Positions 10,655 through 19,753 of a stretch of 64,000 nt of DNA are shown here, in pieces (the first letter of the stretch is position 1; each line of letters begins with the position of its first letter). A program made the translations under genes and the position numbers. A model generated the notes under the pieces. The model was not told where the DNA came from, made no database searches, and saw only the letters and a list, made by a program, of their open reading frames with translations. Origin of the DNA: Bacteroidota bacterium (lineage in GTDB: Bacteria; Bacteroidota; Bacteroidia; Bacteroidales; UBA10428); contig QKEH01000137.1 of assembly GCA_003252385.1 (NCBI GenBank), forward strand, positions 6,598 through 70,597, read 5' to 3'.

Positions 10655-10684
10655 ATTTCCCACCGGTATATCGGGGTATTTTCT

Positions 10685-10692
10685 TATTTTTG
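10685..10692 (+). promoter_or_regulatory. -7 promoter box TATTTTTG upstream of the M48 peptidase gene
   Basis: TAnnTTTG match 43 nt upstream of the ATG at 10735. Confidence 0.4.
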
Positions 10693-10734
10693 GCATTCGT
10701 TTAACCCAATGCAAGTTATATTTCCGTTTTTCCC

Positions 10735-12009
10735 ATGAACCACATTTTTCAAGCCATTTGGCAACACCATCTTTCCTGCGGGTACAATGCTCCGTTTGTA
10801 CTGATCATGAGCATCATTGTATTCAACTTTATTCTCGAACGGGTGCTGTCGCTGCTTAACGCCTCCCGCTACGAGGCCGAATTGCCCGTAGAGGTAGCCG
10901 ATGTATACGAAGCCGATCAATATAAAAAATCGCAACAATACAATAAGGTAAATGAGCGTTTTTCCTTGTTAACCAGCAGTTTCAGCTTTTTGCTTATTGT
11001 GTCAATTCTTACTTTCCATATTTTTGGCTATTTTGATAGTATTGCCCGTTCGTTTACCAGTCAGCCCATTTTGGTAGCCTTGTTGTTCTTCGCCATAATT
11101 ATGCTGGCTTCCGATATTCTGAACACTCCCTTTGCACTTTACGATACCTTTGTGATTGAAGAACGCTTTGGCTTTAATAAAACCACCCTGAAAACCTTTA
11201 TTGGCGATAAACTTAAGGGCTGGCTGCTGGCCGGTATTCTGGGGGGAGGTATTACCGCACTGATTATCTGGTTCTACCTGAAAACCCAGCAAATGTTCTG
11301 GATTTATGCCTGGATCACGGTTTCGGTGATTACCCTGTTTATAACCATGTTTTATTCCAGTTTGATTGTACCCCTTTTTAACAAACAAACTCCGCTGGCC
11401 GACGGCCCGCTGCGCAATGCCATTCAGGATTTTTGTAATCGGGTGGGTTTTAAGCTCGACAACGTGTTTGTAATTGATGGTTCCAAACGATCAACCAAAG
11501 CCAATGCTTACTTCACCGGCATAGGGTCAAAAAAGCGCATCGTACTGTACGATACCCTCATTAACGACCTGAGCACCGAAGAAATTGTGGCCGTACTGGC
11601 TCACGAAATAGGTCATTACAAGCGTAAACACACTCGTACCAATATTATTCTAAGCATCTTACAAACCGGTATTACCCTGTACATTTTCTCCTTATTCACG
11701 GTAAATCCTTTGCTTTCGTGGGCCTTGGGAGCGAAGGTACATAGCATCCACATGGTTATTTTGGCTTTTGGCATCATTTACAGTCCCATTACCACGGTGG
11801 TTGGGCTGGGTGTTAACCTGCTTTCGCGTACCAACGAGTATCAGGCCGATGCCTATGTAAAGGAGTACTACGATCCCCAATACCTGGTTTCGGCACTGAA
11901 AAAGCTTTCGTCCACCAACCTGAGCAACCTCACACCGCATCCGGCCTATGTGTTTTTCCATTATTCGCATCCAACGCTGCTGCAGCGTATTAAAGCGTTG
12001 GAGAAATAA
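10735..12009 (+). CDS. M48-family (Ste24-like) membrane zinc metallopeptidase
   Basis: Multi-TM protein with the HEIGH zinc motif (LAHEIGHYKRKH), a downstream NEYQAD, and a C-terminal HPTLLQRI. Confidence 0.85.
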   Translation: MNHIFQAIWQHHLSCGYNAPFVLIMSIIVFNFILERVLSLLNASRYEAELPVEVADVYEADQYKKSQQYNKVNERFSLLTSSFSFLLIVSILTFHIFGYFDSIARSFTSQPILVALLFFAIIMLASDILNTPFALYDTFVIEERFGFNKTTLKTFIGDKLKGWLLAGILGGGITALIIWFYLKTQQMFWIYAWITVSVITLFITMFYSSLIVPLFNKQTPLADGPLRNAIQDFCNRVGFKLDNVFVIDGSKRSTKANAYFTGIGSKKRIVLYDTLINDLSTEEIVAVLAHEIGHYKRKHTRTNIILSILQTGITLYIFSLFTVNPLLSWALGAKVHSIHMVILAFGIIYSPITTVVGLGVNLLSRTNEYQADAYVKEYYDPQYLVSALKKLSSTNLSNLTPHPAYVFFHYSHPTLLQRIKALEK

Positions 12010-12104
12010 GCAGAACTGTGCTCAGATCGATACAGTTCCAACGGGTATTGCCGGCTTATTTGTAAGCGTTCACAAAAGATCTTTAAGCGTATTATATACC
12101 CCTC

Positions 12105-13352
12105 ATGCAGGCAGACATCATCACCATTGGCGACGAAATCCTTATTGGACAGATTGTGAATACCAATGCGGCTTGGCTCGGTGCTGAGCTCACCCAATTG
12201 GGATTTTCGATTCGTCGTATGCTTACCATTCCCGATCTGGCAGAGGCTATCCGGGATACGCTGGATGATTCCATTGCTCATTCCGATCTCTTGGTTATCA
12301 CCGGTGGTCTGGGTCCCACGAACGACGATAAGACCAAAGACACTCTCAAGGCGTACTTCAACGGAAAATTTGTAGTTCATGTACCAACGTTACTCCATCT
12401 GGAGCAATTTTTTGCGACCCGGAACCGGGAGCTGAGCGAACGGAACCGCAGGCAGGCCGAAGTGCCCGATACCTGTGAACCCTTGCTGAACCGGCATGGA
12501 ACTGCCCCCGGCATGCTATTCCGCAAACAGGAAAAGTGGATTGCCTCGCTGCCCGGAGTGCCTTTTGAAATGAAAGGCATCTATGAGGAAGAATTGCTAC
12601 CCCGGATTAAAGCAGCTTTTCGGTTGCCGGTCATTAAACAGGTTACGGTGCTTACAGTAGGGCTGTCCGAGGCCGAAACCGCCGACCGGCTGAGCGACTG
12701 GGAAAATTCCCTGGAAAACGGGGTGGCGTTGGCCTACTTGCCGTCTCCGGGTATATTGCGTTTAAGAATCACTATATCAGGCGAAAACGAGATTTATATC
12801 AACCGGTTAATAAAGAAAAAACAACAGGAATTGGAACAGCTCCTGGGAGCAGCGCACGTGTTTGGCACCAACGAAGATCAGCTCGAAGCCGTGCTGGGAC
12901 AACTGCTGCGGGAGCGCGGAGCCACCCTGGCCACAGCCGAAAGCTGCACAGGAGGTAACCTGGCCCATCTAATAACTTCAGTGCCCGGTGCTTCGGCCTA
13001 CTATCGGGGCTCAATTGTGGCCTACGCCAATGAGATAAAGCAGGAAATTCTGGGAGTAACACCTCAATCAATTCACGAAAAAGGCGCTGTTAGCCAAGAA
13101 GTTGTGGAACAGATGGCACAAGGAGCACGAGCCCGCCTGGGTACCCAGTATGCCATTGCCACCTCGGGCATTGCCGGCCCCACCGGGGGCACTCCTGAAA
13201 AACCTGTAGGAACCGTGTGGATTGCAGTGGCCACTCCAAACACCACCGTTTCCCGTTGCTTTGCCCTGGGAACTCACCGCGAGCGGTGTATCTCCGTGGC
13301 CTCTTACTACGGACTGAACCTGCTTCGCACCATCATTTGCGAAAACAGTTGA
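12105..13352 (+). CDS. cinA: CinA-family competence/damage-inducible protein (MoCF-binding domain + NMN amidohydrolase)
   Basis: Starts MQADIITIGDEILIGQIVNTNAAWL. The C-terminal PncC-like domain has ATAESCTGGNLA. Confidence 0.9.
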   Translation: MQADIITIGDEILIGQIVNTNAAWLGAELTQLGFSIRRMLTIPDLAEAIRDTLDDSIAHSDLLVITGGLGPTNDDKTKDTLKAYFNGKFVVHVPTLLHLEQFFATRNRELSERNRRQAEVPDTCEPLLNRHGTAPGMLFRKQEKWIASLPGVPFEMKGIYEEELLPRIKAAFRLPVIKQVTVLTVGLSEAETADRLSDWENSLENGVALAYLPSPGILRLRITISGENEIYINRLIKKKQQELEQLLGAAHVFGTNEDQLEAVLGQLLRERGATLATAESCTGGNLAHLITSVPGASAYYRGSIVAYANEIKQEILGVTPQSIHEKGAVSQEVVEQMAQGARARLGTQYAIATSGIAGPTGGTPEKPVGTVWIAVATPNTTVSRCFALGTHRERCISVASYYGLNLLRTIICENS

Positions 13353-13440
13353 AATAAGTGTTCATAAATCTTGATAATTTCAAAATATTTAGCGTACTTT
13401 GCGACCTGTTTTAGAAATCGATATTAAAAAACTATAGAAC

Positions 13441-13683
13441 ATGTCACGGATTTGTCAGATAACCGGAAAAAGAATGACTGTGGGAAACAACGTTTCGCAC
13501 TCCAAGAGAAGGACCAAAAGAACATTCTTGCCGAATCTCTTCGATAAAAAATACTTTCTTCCGGAAGAAAACCGCTGGATCACCTTGCGGGTATCGGCTG
13601 CAGGAATGCGCAACATCAACAAAAATGGGCTGAAAGCTTCGTTGGAAGAAGCCAAAAGCAAAGGATATATTTCAATCTATTAA
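13441..13683 (+). CDS. rpmB: 50S ribosomal protein L28
   Basis: [33 protein letters not shown] is canonical L28. Confidence 0.95.
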   Translation: MSRICQITGKRMTVGNNVSHSKRRTKRTFLPNLFDKKYFLPEENRWITLRVSAAGMRNINKNGLKASLEEAKSKGYISIY

Positions 13684-13694
13684 AATTGTAAGAA

Positions 13695-13877
13695 ATGGCT
13701 AAGAAAGGTAACAGAGTACAGGTTATTTTGGAATGCACCGAGCATAAGGATTCCGGCGTTCCTGGTACTTCACGATATGTTACAACCAAAAATCGGAAGA
13801 ACACCCCGGATCGTATGGAGCGGAAGAAATACAACCCGATTTTAAAGAAGGTTACAGTACACAGAGAAATAAAATAA
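13695..13877 (+). CDS. rpmG: 50S ribosomal protein L33
   Basis: [18 protein letters not shown]...[21 protein letters not shown] is canonical L33. Confidence 0.95.
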   Translation: MAKKGNRVQVILECTEHKDSGVPGTSRYVTTKNRKNTPDRMERKKYNPILKKVTVHREIK

Positions 13878-13886
13878 TTTTAAGAT

Positions 13887-14039
13887 ATGGCTAAGAAAGT
13901 AGTGGCAAGTCTTCAGAAGGGTGAAGGCAGAACATACACCAAATGCATTAAAATGGTGAAATCGGACAAAACCGGTGCATACGCTTTCCAGGAAGAAATG
14001 GTGCACAACGACAAACTCAAAGAGTTTTTCGCCGAATAA
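13887..14039 (+). CDS. Small conserved protein (DUF4295-like, 50 aa) downstream of rpmG
   Basis: Below the ORF-track length cutoff. ATG at 13887; translation MAKKVVASLQKGEGRTYTKCIKMVKSDKTGAYAFQEEMVHNDKLKEFFAE. It is followed by a strong terminator. This position after L33 is typical in Bacteroidota. Confidence 0.7.
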   Translation: MAKKVVASLQKGEGRTYTKCIKMVKSDKTGAYAFQEEMVHNDKLKEFFAE

Positions 14040-14066
14040 TCCGTTTCGTATAACACTTTAGGTGCA

Positions 14067-14104
14067 AAAAGCTTTCTTACATCCGATAAGAAGGCTTTTT
14101 TTTT
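14067..14104 (+). terminator. Rho-independent terminator of the rpmB-rpmG operon
   Basis: AAAAGCTTTCTTA / TAAGAAGGCTTTT hairpin (one G-U pair) running into T9. Confidence 0.75.
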
Positions 14105-14136
14105 ACTAACCGGCCCACACAAAATCTACACGTATC

Positions 14137-15096
14137 ATGGCAAAACTTTCGTTCTTCTCCCGGGAAAAAAAGGAACATCTCGATAAGGGTTTGGAAAAAA
14201 CCAAGGAATCGGTATTTAAAAAACTATCCCGCGCCGTTGTTGGCAAGTCCTCGGTGGATGACGAAGTGCTGGACGGTCTGGAAGAAGCTCTGATTGCTTC
14301 GGATGTGGGGGTCGATACTACGCTGCGTATCATTCAGCGGATTGAAAAACGGGTTTCAAAAGATAAATACCTGAATACCAGTGAACTGAATTCGATTCTT
14401 AAGGAGGAAGTTGTGGCTCTGCTGACCGAAAATCCGCAAAACAACCCAGAAGGTTTTCAGCGGGAATTGCCTGAAAAACCCTATGTTATCATGGTGGTGG
14501 GTGTCAATGGAGTGGGTAAGACCACCACCATTGGTAAACTTGCCCATCACTACAAACAGGCCGGGAAGAAAGTGGTTTTGGGTGCTGCGGACACCTTTCG
14601 CGCTGCCGCGGTCGATCAGCTGGATATTTGGGCACAACGTGTGGATGTACCTATAGTAAAACAGGCTATGGGCGCTGATCCGGCCAGTGTGGCTTTCGAT
14701 ACCCTAGCTTCGGCCAAAGCACAAAAATCCGATTTGGCCATTATCGATACTGCCGGAAGGTTGCATAATAAGGTTAACCTGATGAATGAATTGTCCAAAA
14801 TCAAAAAGGTGATGGACAAATTGATACCCGGAGCACCTCACGAAGTACTGCTGGTACTCGACGGATCTACCGGACAGAATGCTTTTGAACAAGCTCGTCA
14901 GTTTACCAAAGCCACCCAGGTGAATGCGCTGGCCATAACCAAACTGGATGGTACCGCCAAGGGGGGGGTCGTGCTGGGGATTTCCGATCAATTCCAAATA
15001 CCGGTTAAATACATCGGCGTGGGCGAGGCCATCGAAGACCTGCAGATTTTCGATAAGGAAGAATTTGTAGACTCCCTGTTTTCCACCCACTCGTAG
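14137..15096 (+). CDS. ftsY: Signal recognition particle receptor FtsY
   Basis: SRP GTPase motifs GVNGVGKTTT, DTAGR and TKLDGTAKGG. Confidence 0.95.
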   Translation: MAKLSFFSREKKEHLDKGLEKTKESVFKKLSRAVVGKSSVDDEVLDGLEEALIASDVGVDTTLRIIQRIEKRVSKDKYLNTSELNSILKEEVVALLTENPQNNPEGFQRELPEKPYVIMVVGVNGVGKTTTIGKLAHHYKQAGKKVVLGAADTFRAAAVDQLDIWAQRVDVPIVKQAMGADPASVAFDTLASAKAQKSDLAIIDTAGRLHNKVNLMNELSKIKKVMDKLIPGAPHEVLLVLDGSTGQNAFEQARQFTKATQVNALAITKLDGTAKGGVVLGISDQFQIPVKYIGVGEAIEDLQIFDKEEFVDSLFSTHS

Positions 15097-15439
15097 CACT
15101 TTTTTGAAAGGGAGTCCGTATTGTTTCCTTTCTGAATCCCAGGGAAACGAACCACCTCCAAACTTTCTGAAAGTGACCGACTGAATCGTTGATCGGCTCA
15201 AATAGGTCGTCCCAAATGCATTTCCAGTAGGCAAAAATATTCAATTCCACAAGCACAAATACAGGGTTATTGATCTGATAAATAACAAATTACCGATATA
15301 TGCATATCGTGAACCTGAAATGATTTCCGTGAGGCTTCCGATCCAAAAAATGAAAGGTATTCCCCGGAATCCATGGCTGCCGTCAACTTAATATGCGCCG
15401 GGTTGTTAATTACCGGAAACTGGAACAACTTTTTAAGGC

Positions 15440-16750
15440 ATGAAAACAAAAGCAACAAAACAAGTAGTGAATGTAATTACCCTGGGGTGCTCCAAAAATG
15501 TGGTGGATTCCGAGAGCCTGATGAAACAATTGGAAAGTAATGGGGTACATGTGGTTTTTGATTCGAACCGCGATGATGTGGATGTGGTAATCGTAAATAC
15601 CTGTGGCTTCATTCAGGATGCCAAGGAGGAGTCCATTGATACCATACTGCAATTTGCCCAGGCCAAAGAACAGGGAAAACTCTCGCAACTCTACGTAATG
15701 GGCTGCCTCTCGGAACGCTACAAACCGGCCTTGCAAAAGGAAATACCTGATGTGGATAAGTTTTTCGGAGTTAATAATATAGCCGATATTGTTAAAACCC
15801 TGGGTTACAATTTTAAGGACAACCTACTAGGCGAGCGACTGCTTACCACACCGGCTCACTATGCCTACCTTAAAATTTCGGAAGGCTGCGACCGTCAATG
15901 TGCCTTTTGTGCCATTCCGCTGATACGTGGCAAGCATCAGTCACAATCCCTGGAAAATTTAGTGCAGGAAGCCACCCATCTGGCTAATAAAGGGGTGAAG
16001 GAGCTGATTCTCATTGCTCAGGATCTGAGCTACTACGGAGTCGACCGTTATGGCAAACAGCGTTTGCCCGAGCTGCTGGATGCATTATGCGAAATCCCCG
16101 GACTGGAATGGATCCGACTGCATTATGCCTATCCGGCAGGTTTTCCCAAGGAGGTCCTGCGAGCTATGCGCGAGCAGGAGAAGATATGCAACTACCTCGA
16201 TATACCATTCCAACATATTGCCGATCCGGTGCTTAAAAAGATGCGCCGGGGGATAACCAGCAGGCAAACCTACGAGCTGATTGAACGTTTCCGTTCCGAG
16301 GTGCCCCACCTAACCCTGCGCACCACTTTACTGGTAGGGCATCCCGGCGAGGGAGAGGCCGAGTTTGAGGCGTTGTTGGATTTTGTGGCACGTACCCGTT
16401 TCGATCGGCTGGGTGTGTTCACCTATTCCGAGGAAGAGGATACCTTTGGCGCCCGCAACTACCCCGATGTGGTGCCTCCGGAAGTGAAGCAGGAGCGGGC
16501 CGACCGGATTATGGAACTGCAACAGGGTATTTCCATGGAGATTAATGCGGCCAAAGTAGGTACCCTGCAAAAAACCATAATTGACCGTAAGGAAGGCGAT
16601 CTGTATATTGGCCGTACCGAGTCCGATTCGCCCGAGGTGGATAATGAGGTCATTATCCAAACGGATGACAGGCTAAAGGTTGGAAATTTTTATTCGGTCG
16701 AAATCACTGAAGCACACGATTTTGATTTGATGGGCAGCATCAAGGGATAG
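15440..16750 (+). CDS. rimO: Ribosomal protein S12 methylthiotransferase RimO
   Basis: N-terminal MTTase Cys cluster (LGCSKN...NTCGF), radical-SAM CDRQCAFC, and a C-terminal TRAM domain. Confidence 0.93.
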   Translation: MKTKATKQVVNVITLGCSKNVVDSESLMKQLESNGVHVVFDSNRDDVDVVIVNTCGFIQDAKEESIDTILQFAQAKEQGKLSQLYVMGCLSERYKPALQKEIPDVDKFFGVNNIADIVKTLGYNFKDNLLGERLLTTPAHYAYLKISEGCDRQCAFCAIPLIRGKHQSQSLENLVQEATHLANKGVKELILIAQDLSYYGVDRYGKQRLPELLDALCEIPGLEWIRLHYAYPAGFPKEVLRAMREQEKICNYLDIPFQHIADPVLKKMRRGITSRQTYELIERFRSEVPHLTLRTTLLVGHPGEGEAEFEALLDFVARTRFDRLGVFTYSEEEDTFGARNYPDVVPPEVKQERADRIMELQQGISMEINAAKVGTLQKTIIDRKEGDLYIGRTESDSPEVDNEVIIQTDDRLKVGNFYSVEITEAHDFDLMGSIKG

Positions 16751-16875
16751 TTTATTTGAAAGTAGTTCTCTGATAACTATTTGGTAGCTGCGTAATAGGG
16801 AACAGGGATTGGGAAAGCCAATTTTGGGGATGGAACATACCCGGAACAGGAACCAGCATACAAGACATCATGAAT

Positions 16876-16908
16876 AAAAAACGGGAATAGAGGCTATTCC
16901 CGTTTTTT
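16876..16908. terminator. Bidirectional terminator between convergent rimO and clpC
   Basis: Perfect 10-bp stem ACGGGAATAG / CTATTCCCGT with a 3-nt loop, flanked by A5 and T5-6. Confidence 0.8.
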
Positions 16909-16924
16909 ATTCCATTTGAAGTCT

Positions 16925-19537
16925 CTACTCTTCGGTAGGTTCTGCCAGGTCATTGCTCACATCTCCCGGAGGCAGGGCTTCGTCCTCATCGGCTGGGGGT
17001 AAAGCATTTCCGGAAGCCACCACCTTCATGGTTATCTCATTATTTTTCTTGCTGAAGCCTACATTGATGGTATCCCCTTCCTTGATTTCCGATTTAATTA
17101 GAATTTCGGCCATAGGATCTTCGAGGTACTTCTGTATGGCACGTTTGAGGGGACGGGCGCCAAATTGCACATCGTAGCCCCGTTCGGCTACAAAATCCTT
17201 GGCTGCCGGGGTAAGTTTAATGTTGTAACCCAGTTTCAGGATACGTTGGTAAAGGCCATTCAGTTCAATATCAATAATTTTAAAGATATCGTCTTTGGAG
17301 AGGGAATTAAACAGCACCACATCGTCAATCCGGTTCAGGAATTCCGGAGCAAAAGCTTTTTTCAGTGCATTCTGGATCACCGATTTTGCATAATCGTTCG
17401 TCTGATCGCGTTTGGCCTGGGTGTTGAAACCCACTCCGGAACCAAAATCCTTAAGTTGCCGGGTGCCAATGTTGGAGGTCATAATGATAATGGTGTTCCG
17501 GAAGTCCACACGCCGACCCAGACTGTCGGTAAGCTGCCCTTCGTCCAGCACCTGAAGCATCAGGTGGAACACATCGGGGTGGGCTTTTTCAATTTCATCG
17601 AGCAGCACCACACTGTAAGGCTTGCGCCGAACCTTCTCGGTCAACTGGCCGCCTTCTTCGTAGCCCACATATCCGGGAGGTGCACCCACCAGGCGCGATA
17701 CGGAGAATTTCTCCATATACTCGCTCATGTCGATACGGATCAGATTATCAACGGTATCGAACAGGTAACGGGCAAGAACTTTGGCCAACTGGGTTTTACC
17801 CACTCCCGTGGGTCCCAGAAAGATAAAGGTGCCAATGGGCTTGTTGGGGTCTTTCAGTCCGGCCCGGTTGCGTTGAATGGCTTTCACCACTTTGGCAATG
17901 GCTTCGTCCTGTCCGATCACTTTTCCACGTATTTTATCACCCATTTCGAGCAGGCGTAAGCCCTCGGCCTGTGCCACCCGCTGAACGGGAATACCGGTCA
18001 TCATAGCGACTACTTCGGCTACTTTATCTTCATCCACTACTTCACGGTTTCGTGCTAACTCCTTCTCCCATCGGATCTTTTCTTCTTCCAGCTTTTCAAT
18101 ATAATCCTTTTCCTTGTCGCGGAAGCTGGCGGCTTTCTCAAAATTTTGATTTTTTACCGCGCGTATCTTTTCTTTCTTGGTTTCTTCCACTTTTTTCTCC
18201 AAATCCAGAATGCTGCTGGGCACCACAATGTTAGAGATATGCACTCGCGATCCGGATTCATCCAGAGCATCAATGGCCTTGTCGGGCAGGTGCCGGTCGG
18301 TGATGTAACGGTTGGTCAGGTGCACGCAGGCTCGTATGGCTTCGGGGGTGAAAATTACGTTGTGATGATCCTCGTAGCGTTCTTTGATATTATTGAGGAT
18401 TTCGAAGGTTTCTTCCTCGGAGGTAGGCTCTATCATCACTTTTTGAAAACGACGTTCCAGAGCCCCGTCTTTTTCGATATGCTGGCGGTATTCATCGAGG
18501 GTAGTAGCACCGATACACTGTATTTCGCCGCGAGCCAATGCCGGTTTGAGCATGTTGGCGGCATCCAACGAACCGGTAGCGCCTCCGGCTCCCACGATGG
18601 TATGTATTTCGTCAATAAACAGGATGACATCGGTGGTTTTCTGCAGCTCGTTCAAAATGGCTTTCATTCGTTCCTCGAATTGCCCGCGGTACTTGGTTCC
18701 GGCCACAATTGAGGCCAAATCGAGGGTTACTACCCGCTTGCCAAAAAGCACGCGCGATACCTTCCGTTTGATGATGCGTAAAGCCAAGCCTTCGGCAATG
18801 GCCGATTTCCCAACTCCCGGTTCTCCAATCAGTATGGGATTGTTCTTTTTACGGCGACTCAGGATTTGTGCCAGTCGCTCAATTTCGCGCTCACGGCCCA
18901 CAATGGGATCCAGCCGGTCTTCTTCGGCAGCTTTTGTTAGGTCGATCCCGAAATTATCGAGCACCGGAGTTTCGGAGCTCGACTTGCCACCGCTTTCCGG
19001 CGAAGCACCGGGAGTGCCTTTACCCGGGCCAAATGTACTTCCGGGTTCCTCATCTTCACCGGGAAATTCGGCCCGGGTTTCCGTTCTTTCAATTGATTCC
19101 TGATTTTCTTTTTCTAGCTCCATGCGAACCGTGTTGTAGGTGATTTGATGTTTTTGCAGTACCCGGGGTACGTTGTCGTTTTCTTCCTTCAGAATGGCCA
19201 GCAACAGGTGTCCGGTATCAATGGTAGTCTTTTTTAACGACTTGGCTTCCAGATACACCAGTTTCAGAATACGTTCCGATGATTTCAGCAAGGGAATATT
19301 CTCGGTATGGGTCACTTTAATGGGGCCTGAGGGATGTAGGGAGTTTTCCACCTCTTTCCGGAGTTCGTAGAGGTTGGCGCCCAAGGTTACCATAACGTCT
19401 ATGGCAATGCCCTCGCCTTCGCGTAAAATCCCCAAAAAAAGATGTTCCGGGCCTATTTCGGTATTGCCCAGGCGAATGGCCTCTTCCTTGCTGTAGGATA
19501 AGACATCTTTTATTCGTTGCGAAAATTTTGCATCCAT
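16925..19537 (-). CDS. clpC: ClpC-type AAA+ chaperone/unfoldase (Clp ATPase, two NBDs)
   Basis: Duplicated Clp_N repeat. Walker A in both NBDs (GEPGVGKSA, GPTGVGKT). A short UVR-like linker (QNFEKAASFRDKEK) rather than the long ClpB M-domain. A low-complexity insert lies after the N-domain. Confidence 0.88.
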   Translation of the reverse strand: MDAKFSQRIKDVLSYSKEEAIRLGNTEIGPEHLFLGILREGEGIAIDVMVTLGANLYELRKEVENSLHPSGPIKVTHTENIPLLKSSERILKLVYLEAKSLKKTTIDTGHLLLAILKEENDNVPRVLQKHQITYNTVRMELEKENQESIERTETRAEFPGEDEEPGSTFGPGKGTPGASPESGGKSSSETPVLDNFGIDLTKAAEEDRLDPIVGREREIERLAQILSRRKKNNPILIGEPGVGKSAIAEGLALRIIKRKVSRVLFGKRVVTLDLASIVAGTKYRGQFEERMKAILNELQKTTDVILFIDEIHTIVGAGGATGSLDAANMLKPALARGEIQCIGATTLDEYRQHIEKDGALERRFQKVMIEPTSEEETFEILNNIKERYEDHHNVIFTPEAIRACVHLTNRYITDRHLPDKAIDALDESGSRVHISNIVVPSSILDLEKKVEETKKEKIRAVKNQNFEKAASFRDKEKDYIEKLEEEKIRWEKELARNREVVDEDKVAEVVAMMTGIPVQRVAQAEGLRLLEMGDKIRGKVIGQDEAIAKVVKAIQRNRAGLKDPNKPIGTFIFLGPTGVGKTQLAKVLARYLFDTVDNLIRIDMSEYMEKFSVSRLVGAPPGYVGYEEGGQLTEKVRRKPYSVVLLDEIEKAHPDVFHLMLQVLDEGQLTDSLGRRVDFRNTIIIMTSNIGTRQLKDFGSGVGFNTQAKRDQTNDYAKSVIQNALKKAFAPEFLNRIDDVVLFNSLSKDDIFKIIDIELNGLYQRILKLGYNIKLTPAAKDFVAERGYDVQFGARPLKRAIQKYLEDPMAEILIKSEIKEGDTINVGFSKKNNEITMKVVASGNALPPADEDEALPPGDVSNDLAEPTEE

Positions 19538-19594
19538 AATTCTTTCCTGTTTTTCCTTTCTCTAAAGCGATGATGTCGTTGATTGGGGCTTATG

Positions 19595-19602
19595 CAAATA
19601 TA
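19595..19602 (-). promoter_or_regulatory. -7 promoter box (TATATTTG on the minus strand) upstream of clpC
   Basis: CAAATATA on the + strand, 58 nt upstream of the clpC ATG. Confidence 0.35.
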
Positions 19603-19753
19603 CGAATAAATGGCATGGTTTATAAACAGTCTTTGTTGATAATTAGCCCCCGTTTTTTTACGATTCACCGGCTTAAATATCTACTTTAGCGGGCGTATTT
19701 TCTAATAAATATAGCACTATTTTTCCACATATCTAATCTTATGCAACACAACA

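Noticed and set aside
14961-14968. G8 homopolymer inside ftsY as a phase-variation tract
   Set aside because: It encodes the conserved AKGGVV segment of an essential GTPase in frame. It is more a sequencing-error hotspot than a contingency locus.
15097-15439. 343-bp ftsY-rimO spacer with a 63-aa antisense ORF (15267..15458), considered as a possible gene or ncRNA
   Set aside because: The ORF overlaps the rimO start and has no features. I saw no conserved ncRNA motif or strong secondary structure.
17165-19103. Long + strand ORFs (17165..17959, 18146..18712, 18546..19103) inside the clpC region
   Set aside because: They are antisense shadow ORFs of a strongly supported 870-aa AAA+ gene. Their translations are low-complexity and Arg/Gly/His-rich with no motifs.
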